Shown: in pieces, positions 51,341 through 59,480 of the stretch
Position numbering within the stretch: position 1 is the first letter of the stretch
Layout of the letters: each line of letters begins with the position of its first letter
DNA from: Bacteroidota bacterium
Lineage (GTDB): Bacteria; Bacteroidota; Bacteroidia; Bacteroidales; GWA2-32-17
Assembly: GCA_037441645.1 (NCBI GenBank)
Contig: JBBIRU010000016.1
Location: 67,042-131,041 of the forward strand
DNA length: 64,000 nt
Direction of reading: 5' to 3'
Notes under the pieces: generated by a model
What the model was told of the DNA's origin: nothing
Seen by the model: the letters and a program-made list of their open reading frames with translations, nothing else
Database searches by the model: none
Program-made: the position numbers and the translations under genes

Positions 51341-53020
51341 TTAGTTCAAACTTTCCGTTTCTTCGCCGGTATTTTTCTTTTTGTGCTTCGTATAATAGAC
51401 CGAGATAGCTATTGAAATTATAGCCAGGAACATAAAAGCAACAATACGATAAATAATTCCTACGCTGGCAAGATCTACAATAAAAAGATAAATGGCGGCA
51501 GCTATCATAGTAAAGATTGCCATCCACCTGTATTTAATATTGTGAATCAAAATGCTTAAGATGAAATACACAACTGCTGCAATGGTCCATGATAATGTAA
51601 CATATTGTCCTGGAACAACTTTATATAATGCATAAAGCATTGCAAAAAAACCTAAAATCAGGTAAATGTTTCTTAACAAATCTGTTTTGATATCCAGTCT
51701 TTCGCTTTGTAAATTAATAACACGGGCTGTTATTATTGCTATAACGGCAAATGAGAAATTAATGGAATGAATTGATTCTGCCGAAAAATAGTAACCGGTC
51801 ATTAAAAGAATAAAAAGAAAAAAATTCATAAACACAATGATTTTTGACCTGAACCAGATAGCCATCGAAACGACCAGTAAACTCTGGATTGATAACAACA
51901 AATAGGCAAGTGGCAAACCAAAAATTCCATAAATGGCTGTACTTATTGAAACAAAACCATAAAGGGCATAAAAAGCCGGTGTGTATTTCCACTCTGAATA
52001 TTTTTTCAAGAACACCGAAAAAAGTAAACAAATCGCAGAAATAGACAGGAAAATTCCTACATAATTCATCATATAGAAAGTAATCACATACATGGTAAGA
52101 ATTACTGTAAAGAATAAACCATTAAGAATAATTGAAATAAAAACAAATGCTTCCGGAATAGATTCCCTTTGCTTAAATAATGTGATCATTGAGAAAGCAG
52201 AAACACAAATAAAGAGATAAGCAATGCTGTAATGATCTGTGAGTTCTGCAGGTATATTTTTTTCAGCATTAGCATGAACCAAATACCAGATAACAAATGA
52301 TATGTAAGATATAAATTGAGAAATGATAATAAGTTTCCACCAACTGTTCTTATGCAAAAGATAAACCGAAAACAATACGGCCAGGGTCGCTATGGAAAGC
52401 ATAAAGTGTGTAGTATTACTGATATTTGCCGTTATAAGAAGTAAAATAAAACCAATGGAGGCAAGAAACTCTGAACGGTTTTTATTGGCAAAATAAAATT
52501 GAACAATACTAATTACTACTAACAGGATTAAAGGAATAACCGGTTCTGAAATAAGCGGAAAATCGGTAAAAAAATGAAGCCGCAAAGTAACATAAAATAG
52601 AAGTATATAGCTTATAATATTAAATTTAGAGGATAGTCCCGGGATAGATTTGCGAATATAATGGGCTATGATAAATACTATGCCGGCAGCAAAGTAACCG
52701 AAAAGAGTAGAAAATAAGGGCTGTCCGGAACTCTGAATATATTGTGTAACAAATGCAATTCCAAACAAAAGAACAATACTTCCGAGCCACCCTAAACCAA
52801 ACTCACCGATTCTTGATTCCATGGCAAACTCTTTTTCTGAACCGGAAGATTTTTGTTTCAATTCTTCAGTAGTAAGTTCCCTTTCGTATTTTTTAAATTC
52901 TTCCTGGGATACTTTTCGGATGCCTAATAAAGACTCCAACTGGCCTATTCTTCGTTCGAGATAGTCAAGCCTTTCTAAAATTTTATCATCCATTTTATGT
53001 TCTTCTGATTTTTCTGACAT
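51341..53020 (-). CDS. DUF2339-type polytopic membrane protein
   Basis: 559 aa. N-terminal coiled-coil segment ('LERLDYLERRIGQLESLL') followed by >12 hydrophobic helices. Confidence 0.75.
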   Translation of the reverse strand: MSEKSEEHKMDDKILERLDYLERRIGQLESLLGIRKVSQEEFKKYERELTTEELKQKSSGSEKEFAMESRIGEFGLGWLGSIVLLFGIAFVTQYIQSSGQPLFSTLFGYFAAGIVFIIAHYIRKSIPGLSSKFNIISYILLFYVTLRLHFFTDFPLISEPVIPLILLVVISIVQFYFANKNRSEFLASIGFILLLITANISNTTHFMLSIATLAVLFSVYLLHKNSWWKLIIISQFISYISFVIWYLVHANAEKNIPAELTDHYSIAYLFICVSAFSMITLFKQRESIPEAFVFISIILNGLFFTVILTMYVITFYMMNYVGIFLSISAICLLFSVFLKKYSEWKYTPAFYALYGFVSISTAIYGIFGLPLAYLLLSIQSLLVVSMAIWFRSKIIVFMNFFLFILLMTGYYFSAESIHSINFSFAVIAIITARVINLQSERLDIKTDLLRNIYLILGFFAMLYALYKVVPGQYVTLSWTIAAVVYFILSILIHNIKYRWMAIFTMIAAAIYLFIVDLASVGIIYRIVAFMFLAIISIAISVYYTKHKKKNTGEETESLN

Positions 53021-53050
53021 ATATCATATTTTATAACTTCCTGTTTATAT

Positions 53051-53089
53051 TTAAAAAATAAAAAAAGGTTTCATTTTATTGAAACCTTT
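53051..53089 (-). terminator. Rho-independent terminator closing the tetrahaem-FeS-NrfD unit
   Basis: 10-bp stem aaaggtttca (53064-53073) / tgaaaccttt (53080-53089). On the minus strand it is followed by TTTTTTTATTTTTT. Confidence 0.65.
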
Positions 53090-53125
53090 TACATTACTAA
53101 TTATTTATTTTTATACATAAATGAA

Positions 53126-54325
53126 TTATTCATGTTCAATATGTGGTGCTTTTTTCCAGGGTGGCAGTAACCATAAAAGAACGGATAATATTATTAATGG
53201 AACTACAATCCATATCATAGCCATTAAAAATCCTTCTTTACCTATCAGATCTAATTTAAAATCAGTGAATCCATAGAAACTCTTTGAAAATAACTGACCG
53301 CCTATTACTACGTTCCATCTCATAAAGAATATTCCAACTAAAACAAATCCTGCAATAATAAAATAAAAGAATTTGCGAATATTTTCTTTAGGTTTTATAA
53401 ATTGGAATGTGCCCAGTGTAACTAAAGGAATTAGTGTTCCTATTAATCCTTGCATTATGAAAAATGTAAAGAATAATTTACCATGTACTAAAAGATTAAG
53501 TATATCAAAAGATTCTTCAGCTACATAAATTCTGTGAATCTGATCCAAACCTTCAAGAACAAAGTCAATAACAAGAATAAAGAATAAGTATTTTCCAATG
53601 GCATCGAGACAAACTATGTCGAGTTTTTGTTTCCTTAAAAAATTTACTACCATATAGATAAACATAACCAGAGCAATACCGGAGACCATAGCAGAAAAAA
53701 GAAAAATAACAGGCATCATAACTGTGGACCACCATGGATTTGCTTTTATTGACCCAAAAATAAAACCGACATATCCATGAAGAAGGAAAGCCGACGGGAT
53801 ACCGACTACCGTTATAAAATACCCAAGTTTATTGTCAGTTTTACGCGATAATGGCGAAGTATCTTTAATCCCCAGGGTAAGAATTTTATAAAGAAAAGTT
53901 TTAAACCCTTTCTTTTCTTTTGACCATATAGTCATATCGTATCTGTAATCAAACCATATCTCTAACAACAATACAACCATCAGGTACCATAAATACACAA
54001 AACCAAAAATAGCCATGGCAGAGGTAAGATGTGGTGTGGTCATTATCTCATATGCCCGCCAGGGAACTCCCAAATGATTAATTAATGGCATGGTTGCAAC
54101 AAGCATAAAGGAAAGTGCAGTAAGAAGAGATAACTCATAAGTTGGCTTTAATGCCTGAACATTAAAAACCCTGTTTAGAGATGCCAGAATAAAAGCACCG
54201 GCAACCAATCCTGTTATATATGGATAAAGAACAATGAGAATTGACCAGTTTAATTCTATCTCGTTCGGATAGCAGAAGCCATCCATATGGGACATAGCTT
54301 CATATAATGATTTAAATTCTTCCAT
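53126..54325 (-). CDS. NrfD/PsrC-family polytopic membrane (quinone-interacting) subunit
   Basis: 399 aa of hydrophobic helices throughout. The start lies 1 nt after the stop of the FeS subunit gene. Composition and context match NrfD/PsrC/DsrP-type subunits. Confidence 0.8.
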   Translation of the reverse strand: MEEFKSLYEAMSHMDGFCYPNEIELNWSILIVLYPYITGLVAGAFILASLNRVFNVQALKPTYELSLLTALSFMLVATMPLINHLGVPWRAYEIMTTPHLTSAMAIFGFVYLWYLMVVLLLEIWFDYRYDMTIWSKEKKGFKTFLYKILTLGIKDTSPLSRKTDNKLGYFITVVGIPSAFLLHGYVGFIFGSIKANPWWSTVMMPVIFLFSAMVSGIALVMFIYMVVNFLRKQKLDIVCLDAIGKYLFFILVIDFVLEGLDQIHRIYVAEESFDILNLLVHGKLFFTFFIMQGLIGTLIPLVTLGTFQFIKPKENIRKFFYFIIAGFVLVGIFFMRWNVVIGGQLFSKSFYGFTDFKLDLIGKEGFLMAMIWIVVPLIILSVLLWLLPPWKKAPHIEHE

Positions 54326-54326
54326 A

Positions 54327-55091
54327 CTAATGTACCTCCTGACTTAATGAATTATAATAGAGTTTTGATCCTGTATTTAAATTTGGTTTTAAAACGGCCA
54401 CGTTATGGTTTTTAATAAATTTAACCAATTCACTTTTAGGATCGCGCAAATCACCATAAATCCTTGCACCGGTAGGACATACCATCATACAGGCAGGATC
54501 CAATCCTTTTTTAACTCTATGGTAACATAATGTACATTTATCTACCGTTCCCAGGTCAGGTTTAATATACCTGCAACCATAAGGACATGCCTGAACACAA
54601 TAACGACATCCGACACAATAATTTGGATCTGCTAGCACGAAACCATCGGGCGTTTCAAAAGTAGCACCTACCGGACAAACCTGAACACAAGGAGATTTCG
54701 CACAATGATTACACATTTTTGGAACATAGAAAGTTTTAAATATCTCTGATTCAGGTACCGGTTGTTTATAACCATCAATACCGCCATTGGGAGATTGAAC
54801 TTTTACTTCGCCGCTATTTGTAATAGTATATTGTTCAACCCAACTTCTAAAAAAGAAGGGTTCTTTAGGAACATCATTTTCAGCTTTACAGGCACGGGCA
54901 CAACTGGCACAACCAATACATTTTTCGATATCTAATCCGATACCATACCAAGGGCCGTCTCCTTTAGGTTCCTGCGAAGCGTATACTGCTTTCAGCGGAT
55001 TGAGCAGGGATGCAAATAATACACCTCCAGCTATAGCTCCAGATTTTTTAAAAAAATCTCTTCTTGAAAAATTTTCTTTTTCTTTTACCAT
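54327..55091 (-). CDS. Tat-exported four-cluster [4Fe-4S] ferredoxin subunit (NrfC/PsrB/HybA/DsrO type)
   Basis: 254 aa. Twin-arginine signal 'SRRDFFKKSGAIAGG'. Cys groups 'CIGCASCARAC', 'CNHCAKSPCVQVCP', 'CVGCRYCVQACP' and 'CTLCYHRV...ACMMVCP'. Confidence 0.9.
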   Translation of the reverse strand: MVKEKENFSRRDFFKKSGAIAGGVLFASLLNPLKAVYASQEPKGDGPWYGIGLDIEKCIGCASCARACKAENDVPKEPFFFRSWVEQYTITNSGEVKVQSPNGGIDGYKQPVPESEIFKTFYVPKMCNHCAKSPCVQVCPVGATFETPDGFVLADPNYCVGCRYCVQACPYGCRYIKPDLGTVDKCTLCYHRVKKGLDPACMMVCPTGARIYGDLRDPKSELVKFIKNHNVAVLKPNLNTGSKLYYNSLSQEVH

Positions 55092-55531
55092 AACACAGGA
55101 TTATGAGAATTATGACAACTTATACATTCATCTTCTTTATTATGCTCTTCTATATCAATTTGTTTTATGACTTTTGCACGGGCCGGGTTTTTAGCATGAC
55201 ACCTGCCGCAAAATTCGCGGGTGTGTTCTTTTACAATATTCGTTTTTTGAGGATCGTCTACATGTTTGTAACCGGGGCCATGACATGTCTGACAGTCTAT
55301 TGACTTATGAACACTGCTATCTTTAACAGCTGCAATTGAATCGTGACATGTAACGCATGTTTCATTCATGTTTACATACTTAATGGGCCTGTCTTCATTT
55401 TCCTTTAATGCATCGCCCCTGTAATGGCCATATTCACCAAAACTAGCCGGTCTTAAAAAATGACGGGCAACCAGAAATAATGCAATAAAGACCGCAAATG
55501 CAATCAGAAGTCTTTGTACTTGAACTGGCAT
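55085..55531 (-). CDS. Membrane-anchored tetrahaem cytochrome c (c3/NrfB-like small multihaem)
   Basis: 148 aa with an N-terminal hydrophobic anchor. Four CXXCH motifs: CVTCH, CQTCH, CGRCH, CISCH. Overlaps the FeS gene by 7 nt. Confidence 0.88.
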   Translation of the reverse strand: MPVQVQRLLIAFAVFIALFLVARHFLRPASFGEYGHYRGDALKENEDRPIKYVNMNETCVTCHDSIAAVKDSSVHKSIDCQTCHGPGYKHVDDPQKTNIVKEHTREFCGRCHAKNPARAKVIKQIDIEEHNKEDECISCHNSHNPVLW

Positions 55532-55710
55532 ATATCTATGTATTTAAATATTTGATTAAAAACACAATTCGAGAACTTTACAAAAATGCCTTATGTTATA
55601 AAACATTTTTATTATCGCAAACATAATTGATTTTTTGCCTTACCTAAAAAAAAATAATAAATATTTTCACTTGAATGCCCCATTTTAGAAACATTATAAA
55701 TAAACAATAT

Positions 55711-55744
55711 GAAAAAGAAAAGATTGACATAAAGCCAATCTTTT
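55711..55744 (-). terminator. Hairpin terminator after the heptahaem cytochrome gene
   Basis: 9-bp stem aaaagattg (55718-55726) / caatctttt (55736-55744). On the minus strand it is followed by CTTTTTC. Confidence 0.5.
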
Positions 55745-55773
55745 CAAAATTATTAAAAATTTATAACTGCTAT

Positions 55774-57276
55774 CTAGAACATTTCAAAATGACATTCAGA
55801 ACAATTGGTTGATTTCCATTCTTCACCAACATCTACCGGGTGGATAAATTCCATGGTGCTGTTAATAGGTGCATATTTCATTGAATCCCTCTGGCCCTGC
55901 CCGATTATTGAATGGCACAAATTACAATCTTTGGAAATAACTTTTCCATCGGAACTTTTGTGTTTATCATCGTGACAACGGAAACAACCTTTATTTTCAA
56001 AATGACCAATATTTCTCGGATACTGCTTATAGCTTACTTTCATCTCGGGAAATGTATTATATGAGAATGCTTCCTGTACCGCTGTAATCGCTTTCTTAAT
56101 CTCCTTCTCATATTTGGAAAACAAATCAGGATATCCGTCTTTATAGTATTTTATCATTTGATCGTTTATTCCCATAAAAGCCGAATCTTTGGTAGAATAA
56201 GTGTCATTAGTAGCTTCCATAGCAGCGCTTTTAAGATAGGGAACTTTTGTTGATATCTTATTACCGGCAAATAATCCGTTCACATATTTCGGTGGAGAAA
56301 AATATTCGTGGGATGGGCGATTATGGCAGTCCATACAATCGAACATACGTTTTTCAGAATTCTCTAATTCCTTTGCATTCGGGTGTATAGAAGTATCTTC
56401 CTCCAGGAAAATAATTTCTTTTCCTGTTTGTTTATTAAAATATCTAACCCAAGGTATTGTCTGTCTTTTTTCATCAGCCTGATACGAGATTTCTACATCA
56501 GGGTTAATGTGCCAGTGTATTCCTTCAGTATTACCAAGTGATGAGTGGTCGGCTCCAATTCTCATCTTCATAATAACATCCCATTCGGTATTGGCAGAAT
56601 CGGCCAGGTAATATTTTTCATTCCTGATTTTGTTTGTATAAAATTTCTGTGGCCAGTGACATTTTTCACATGTTTCGCGGGCAGGGCGCAGGTTAGCAAT
56701 AGGTGTTTCTATGGGTCTCGGATAAGTGCCTAATAAATATTTGTATACCTGGCGTAACCCTGACATTTTTGATTTTACATAAAAATCGGCTCCTTCACCC
56801 ACATGGCATTCGGCACATTTAACACGGGCATGAGGTGAATGCTGATATGCAATATATTCAGGTTCCATAACTTTATGACAAAGCTTGCCGCAAAACTCTA
56901 CTGATTCGGTATAATGAAATCCTTTATAGCTACCAATTACAGTTGCAATAACAAAGAATATTGTAACAATGATAAAAATCGTAATCGCATTTCTTGTTTT
57001 GGAATCTTTTAAATTTATAATTAAAAGTTTTTCATCAGATACCGGCAAACCTTTTTTAAGTTTCCGTTTCTTTAAATACATACCGGCAGGTATCAGCACT
57101 AGGCCAAACACCAAAAAACCCGGGGTAACCAAATATGCAAACAATTCGAAATAAACATTATCTGCATTAAAGAAATTTAACTGGATAACAAAAAAGATAA
57201 TTGCAAACGTTGCAATTAAAGCAATTATAGTTCCCAGGTAGGAAATGTAATTGTAATACGTCCGTGGTAGTTTCAT
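55774..57276 (-). CDS. Inner-membrane heptahaem cytochrome c with NapC/NirT-like region and three TM helices (ImcH-like architecture)
   Basis: I prefer the ATG at 57274-57276 ('MKLPRTYYNY...') because the track start is TTG. Three N-terminal hydrophobic helices. Seven CXXCH motifs: CGKLCH, CAECH, CEKCH, CMDCH, CFRCH, CNLCH, CSECH. The first pair, 'FCGKLCHKVM...HARVKCAECHVG', resembles the NapC/NirT quinol-dehydrogenase motif. Confidence 0.85.
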   Translation of the reverse strand: MKLPRTYYNYISYLGTIIALIATFAIIFFVIQLNFFNADNVYFELFAYLVTPGFLVFGLVLIPAGMYLKKRKLKKGLPVSDEKLLIINLKDSKTRNAITIFIIVTIFFVIATVIGSYKGFHYTESVEFCGKLCHKVMEPEYIAYQHSPHARVKCAECHVGEGADFYVKSKMSGLRQVYKYLLGTYPRPIETPIANLRPARETCEKCHWPQKFYTNKIRNEKYYLADSANTEWDVIMKMRIGADHSSLGNTEGIHWHINPDVEISYQADEKRQTIPWVRYFNKQTGKEIIFLEEDTSIHPNAKELENSEKRMFDCMDCHNRPSHEYFSPPKYVNGLFAGNKISTKVPYLKSAAMEATNDTYSTKDSAFMGINDQMIKYYKDGYPDLFSKYEKEIKKAITAVQEAFSYNTFPEMKVSYKQYPRNIGHFENKGCFRCHDDKHKSSDGKVISKDCNLCHSIIGQGQRDSMKYAPINSTMEFIHPVDVGEEWKSTNCSECHFEMF

Positions 57277-57407
57277 TTTATAACTTATTATAGATTTAAC
57301 ATTTATAACTGAAAGCAAATGATTTTATATATTATCATATTTACCTATTCAGTAACGACAAATGTAGGACTGAGTTCCATTTTAAAAAATGCTTTAAAAC
57401 ATGTAAA

Positions 57408-57440
57408 CAAAAAAAGGGTGTTTCACAAGTGAAACACCCT
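57408..57440 (-). terminator. Strong rho-independent terminator after the beta-barrel gene
   Basis: Perfect 12-bp stem agggtgtttcac (57415-57426) / gtgaaacaccct (57429-57440). On the minus strand it is followed by TTTTTTTG. Confidence 0.75.
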
Positions 57441-57464
57441 TTTTACTTTTAGCATTGTTATTAA

Positions 57465-58346
57465 TTAGAATCTAACAGTAATATTAAAACCTATTAATAA
57501 AGTATTAAAATCTCTTTGATTATATAAGTAATTTTTTTGTGCAATTATATTATTATAAGTAGTTGCAAATAATTGAAATGCATGTGTTCCGGTATTTTTT
57601 TCAAGTCCAAATGCAAAACCCGGCTTAGGTGAACCTGGCACATCATTTCCATCAACATCTTTTGGATAGTCAAATGATTCAAGTGGTGAAACATAATTAA
57701 ATTCTCCCATAAATGATATTTCATTCCATATCTTAATTCTACCGCCTACGCTAACACCAATAGCATCATTAGAATATAAAGAATCCACTTTATTAAAATG
57801 TAAATAATAGGGTGCAACTTCTAATGAAATTCTTTCGCTAAACTTACGTGCAATAATAAGTTGATGAAAAGTAGATATACGATCTTTAAAACTATAGTTA
57901 TCTCCAAAATATGCTTCTTCTCTACCGCAAACAACTACATTGCCATAGTATGAAAGAAATATTGGCATTCCATTTTCTTTTTGCTGAAGTATCGAATATT
58001 TCCACATTAATTCCTGCATTTTATTAAATTTTTCGGAACCAAAACCAAGCATTAATTTGTCTGTAATACCATAATTAATTCCAAGTCTAATATTGGCAGG
58101 TCCATATAAACCAAATATATCACTTATACTTTTAATGGTTCCTATTCTGTGATGAATAATAAATTCTTTACCTTTCTTTTTAGGTTGAGTAATGGTTTGA
58201 TTTTCTATTAGCATAGTACATGCAAATGCATCTTCAACGGTTTTTTTTTCTTCTTTCTGAGCTTCTCCTTCTTGAGAAACAGCATATTTAACGCTGACAA
58301 TCAGCATCAAAGATAGAATGAACGATATTTTTTTTAACATAATCAT
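57465..58346 (-). CDS. Small outer-membrane beta-barrel protein (DUF5777-like) cotranscribed with a lipoprotein cytochrome
   Basis: 293 aa. Signal peptide 'SLMLIVSVKYAVSQ'. Alternating hydrophobic beta-strand pattern, C-terminal '...LLIGFNITVRF' (aromatic terminus) and a 'GTHAFQLFATT' motif. The family name is recalled from memory, not searched. Confidence 0.7.
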   Translation of the reverse strand: MIMLKKISFILSLMLIVSVKYAVSQEGEAQKEEKKTVEDAFACTMLIENQTITQPKKKGKEFIIHHRIGTIKSISDIFGLYGPANIRLGINYGITDKLMLGFGSEKFNKMQELMWKYSILQQKENGMPIFLSYYGNVVVCGREEAYFGDNYSFKDRISTFHQLIIARKFSERISLEVAPYYLHFNKVDSLYSNDAIGVSVGGRIKIWNEISFMGEFNYVSPLESFDYPKDVDGNDVPGSPKPGFAFGLEKNTGTHAFQLFATTYNNIIAQKNYLYNQRDFNTLLIGFNITVRF

Positions 58347-58374
58347 TTATTTATTTTTTATTGTTTTTAATATT

Positions 58375-59271
58375 TTACCAGCATGTTTTACCTGCTCCGC
58401 AATGAGCTGCAGTACCATTACTTGAGTATCCCATACCATTTGCCATTGTTCCTCCTTCACTAATATTGAGAGGTTTGAAAAAAGTACTTCCGTCAACATG
58501 ATACATGGTACCGTATGTACCTTGGTTGATAGGGCCATTAATATTTGTTTCATTTGTAGCATTAATAGAATGGCACCAGAAACATTGAACTCCATCCCAA
58601 TAAGGAGTGGAATATGGGGTTGTAGAAAAATTTTGAGTATTTGACATGTGTGCACTTTTTTGATGTGAACCGGATTCTGGATAATCATTTATAGTCATAG
58701 CATTAGGCCGTTCAACAAGGTAAGGAGACGTCATATTTCCTTTACCATTATGGCAAGAAGAACAAGCCGTTATTTTACCATTATCCCATCTTGGAGTTGT
58801 TGCATATTCTACGGTATCAAATGGAGGAGTTTGCATACTCCAGGTATAAGTTCCATCAGTTCCTCTGTCGGCGGTAACTCCGTTACTGTGGCAATAAACA
58901 TTTGAACAGGTTTTAGTGTCGGAATCCCACGTTGGAATATTACTATCAGCTCCATTTCTTGTTGCTAAACCATTAGGATCAAATGTGATATTTTTTACTG
59001 CATTCATGTGTGTTTTCGTATCCCATCCATGTCCATAATGACATGTTGTACAATTAAATGTATATAAACCCTTCGTATGTTTACTATGTGCATTAGTAGA
59101 ATGCAAAGGGAAGGTATTGTTATGACAATTTTCGCAAAAATCAGGTAAAACAATTTGCTCTGTAGAAGAATTATTATGTTTGATTTTCTCTTTTTCACAA
59201 GAGACTAAATAAATTACACTACCTGCTAAGAGCAATGTAAAAATAACAGTTTTAAAACTTTTTAACATCAT
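58375..59271 (-). CDS. Lipoprotein pentahaem cytochrome c with CX4CH...CXXCH (Geobacter-type) signature
   Basis: 298 aa with lipobox 'YLVSC'. Haem sites CENCH, CTTCH, CSNVYCH (CX4CH), CSSCH and CFWCH. Degenerate C-terminal 'HCGAGKTCW'. Ser/Thr/Asn/Gly-rich. Confidence 0.85.
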   Translation of the reverse strand: MMLKSFKTVIFTLLLAGSVIYLVSCEKEKIKHNNSSTEQIVLPDFCENCHNNTFPLHSTNAHSKHTKGLYTFNCTTCHYGHGWDTKTHMNAVKNITFDPNGLATRNGADSNIPTWDSDTKTCSNVYCHSNGVTADRGTDGTYTWSMQTPPFDTVEYATTPRWDNGKITACSSCHNGKGNMTSPYLVERPNAMTINDYPESGSHQKSAHMSNTQNFSTTPYSTPYWDGVQCFWCHSINATNETNINGPINQGTYGTMYHVDGSTFFKPLNISEGGTMANGMGYSSNGTAAHCGAGKTCW

Positions 59272-59334
59272 AATAACTTAATTGCTAATAGATTGAAGCT
59301 GTTTTTTATGACAGCAATTTTATATAATCGAGTC

Positions 59335-59342
59335 CAAAATTA
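59335..59342 (-). promoter_or_regulatory. Candidate -7 promoter box (TAATTTTG = TAnnTTTG) for the cytochrome/barrel unit
   Basis: The motif matches the Bacteroidetes -7 consensus. It lies ~65 nt upstream of the ATG at 59271 and downstream of the terminator at 59420-59462. A single short motif in AT-rich DNA is weak evidence. Confidence 0.3.
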
Positions 59343-59419
59343 ATTTATTTATTTATTTGAAAAAAAAAATAACGTACTAATTTGCATTTTCATATTTAAT
59401 TATTTTAATAGCTATAGAT

Positions 59420-59462
59420 AAAAATAATAATAGCTTGAAAAGACTCTTCTTTTCAAGCTATT
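59420..59462 (-). terminator. Rho-independent terminator closing the Rrf2-ferredoxin-cupin-Bfd unit
   Basis: Perfect 14-bp stem aatagcttgaaaag (59429-59442) / cttttcaagctatt (59449-59462) with a 6-nt loop. On the minus strand it is followed by a T-rich ATTATTTTT. Confidence 0.7.
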
Positions 59463-59480
59463 AATTTACAATCATTTAAT

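Noticed and set aside
55539-55550. Third and fourth copies of the Rrf2 operator-like motif (also 59392-59403)
   Set aside because: Only 10 of 12 core positions match. The flanking 7 nt differ, and one copy lacks the terminal G/C of the palindrome. They are indistinguishable from background AT-rich sequence without a statistical scan.
58347-58688. 113-aa ORF overlapping the 3' part of the pentahaem cytochrome gene
   Set aside because: It is an alternate frame of a gene with five haem motifs and a lipobox. It has no independent signal.
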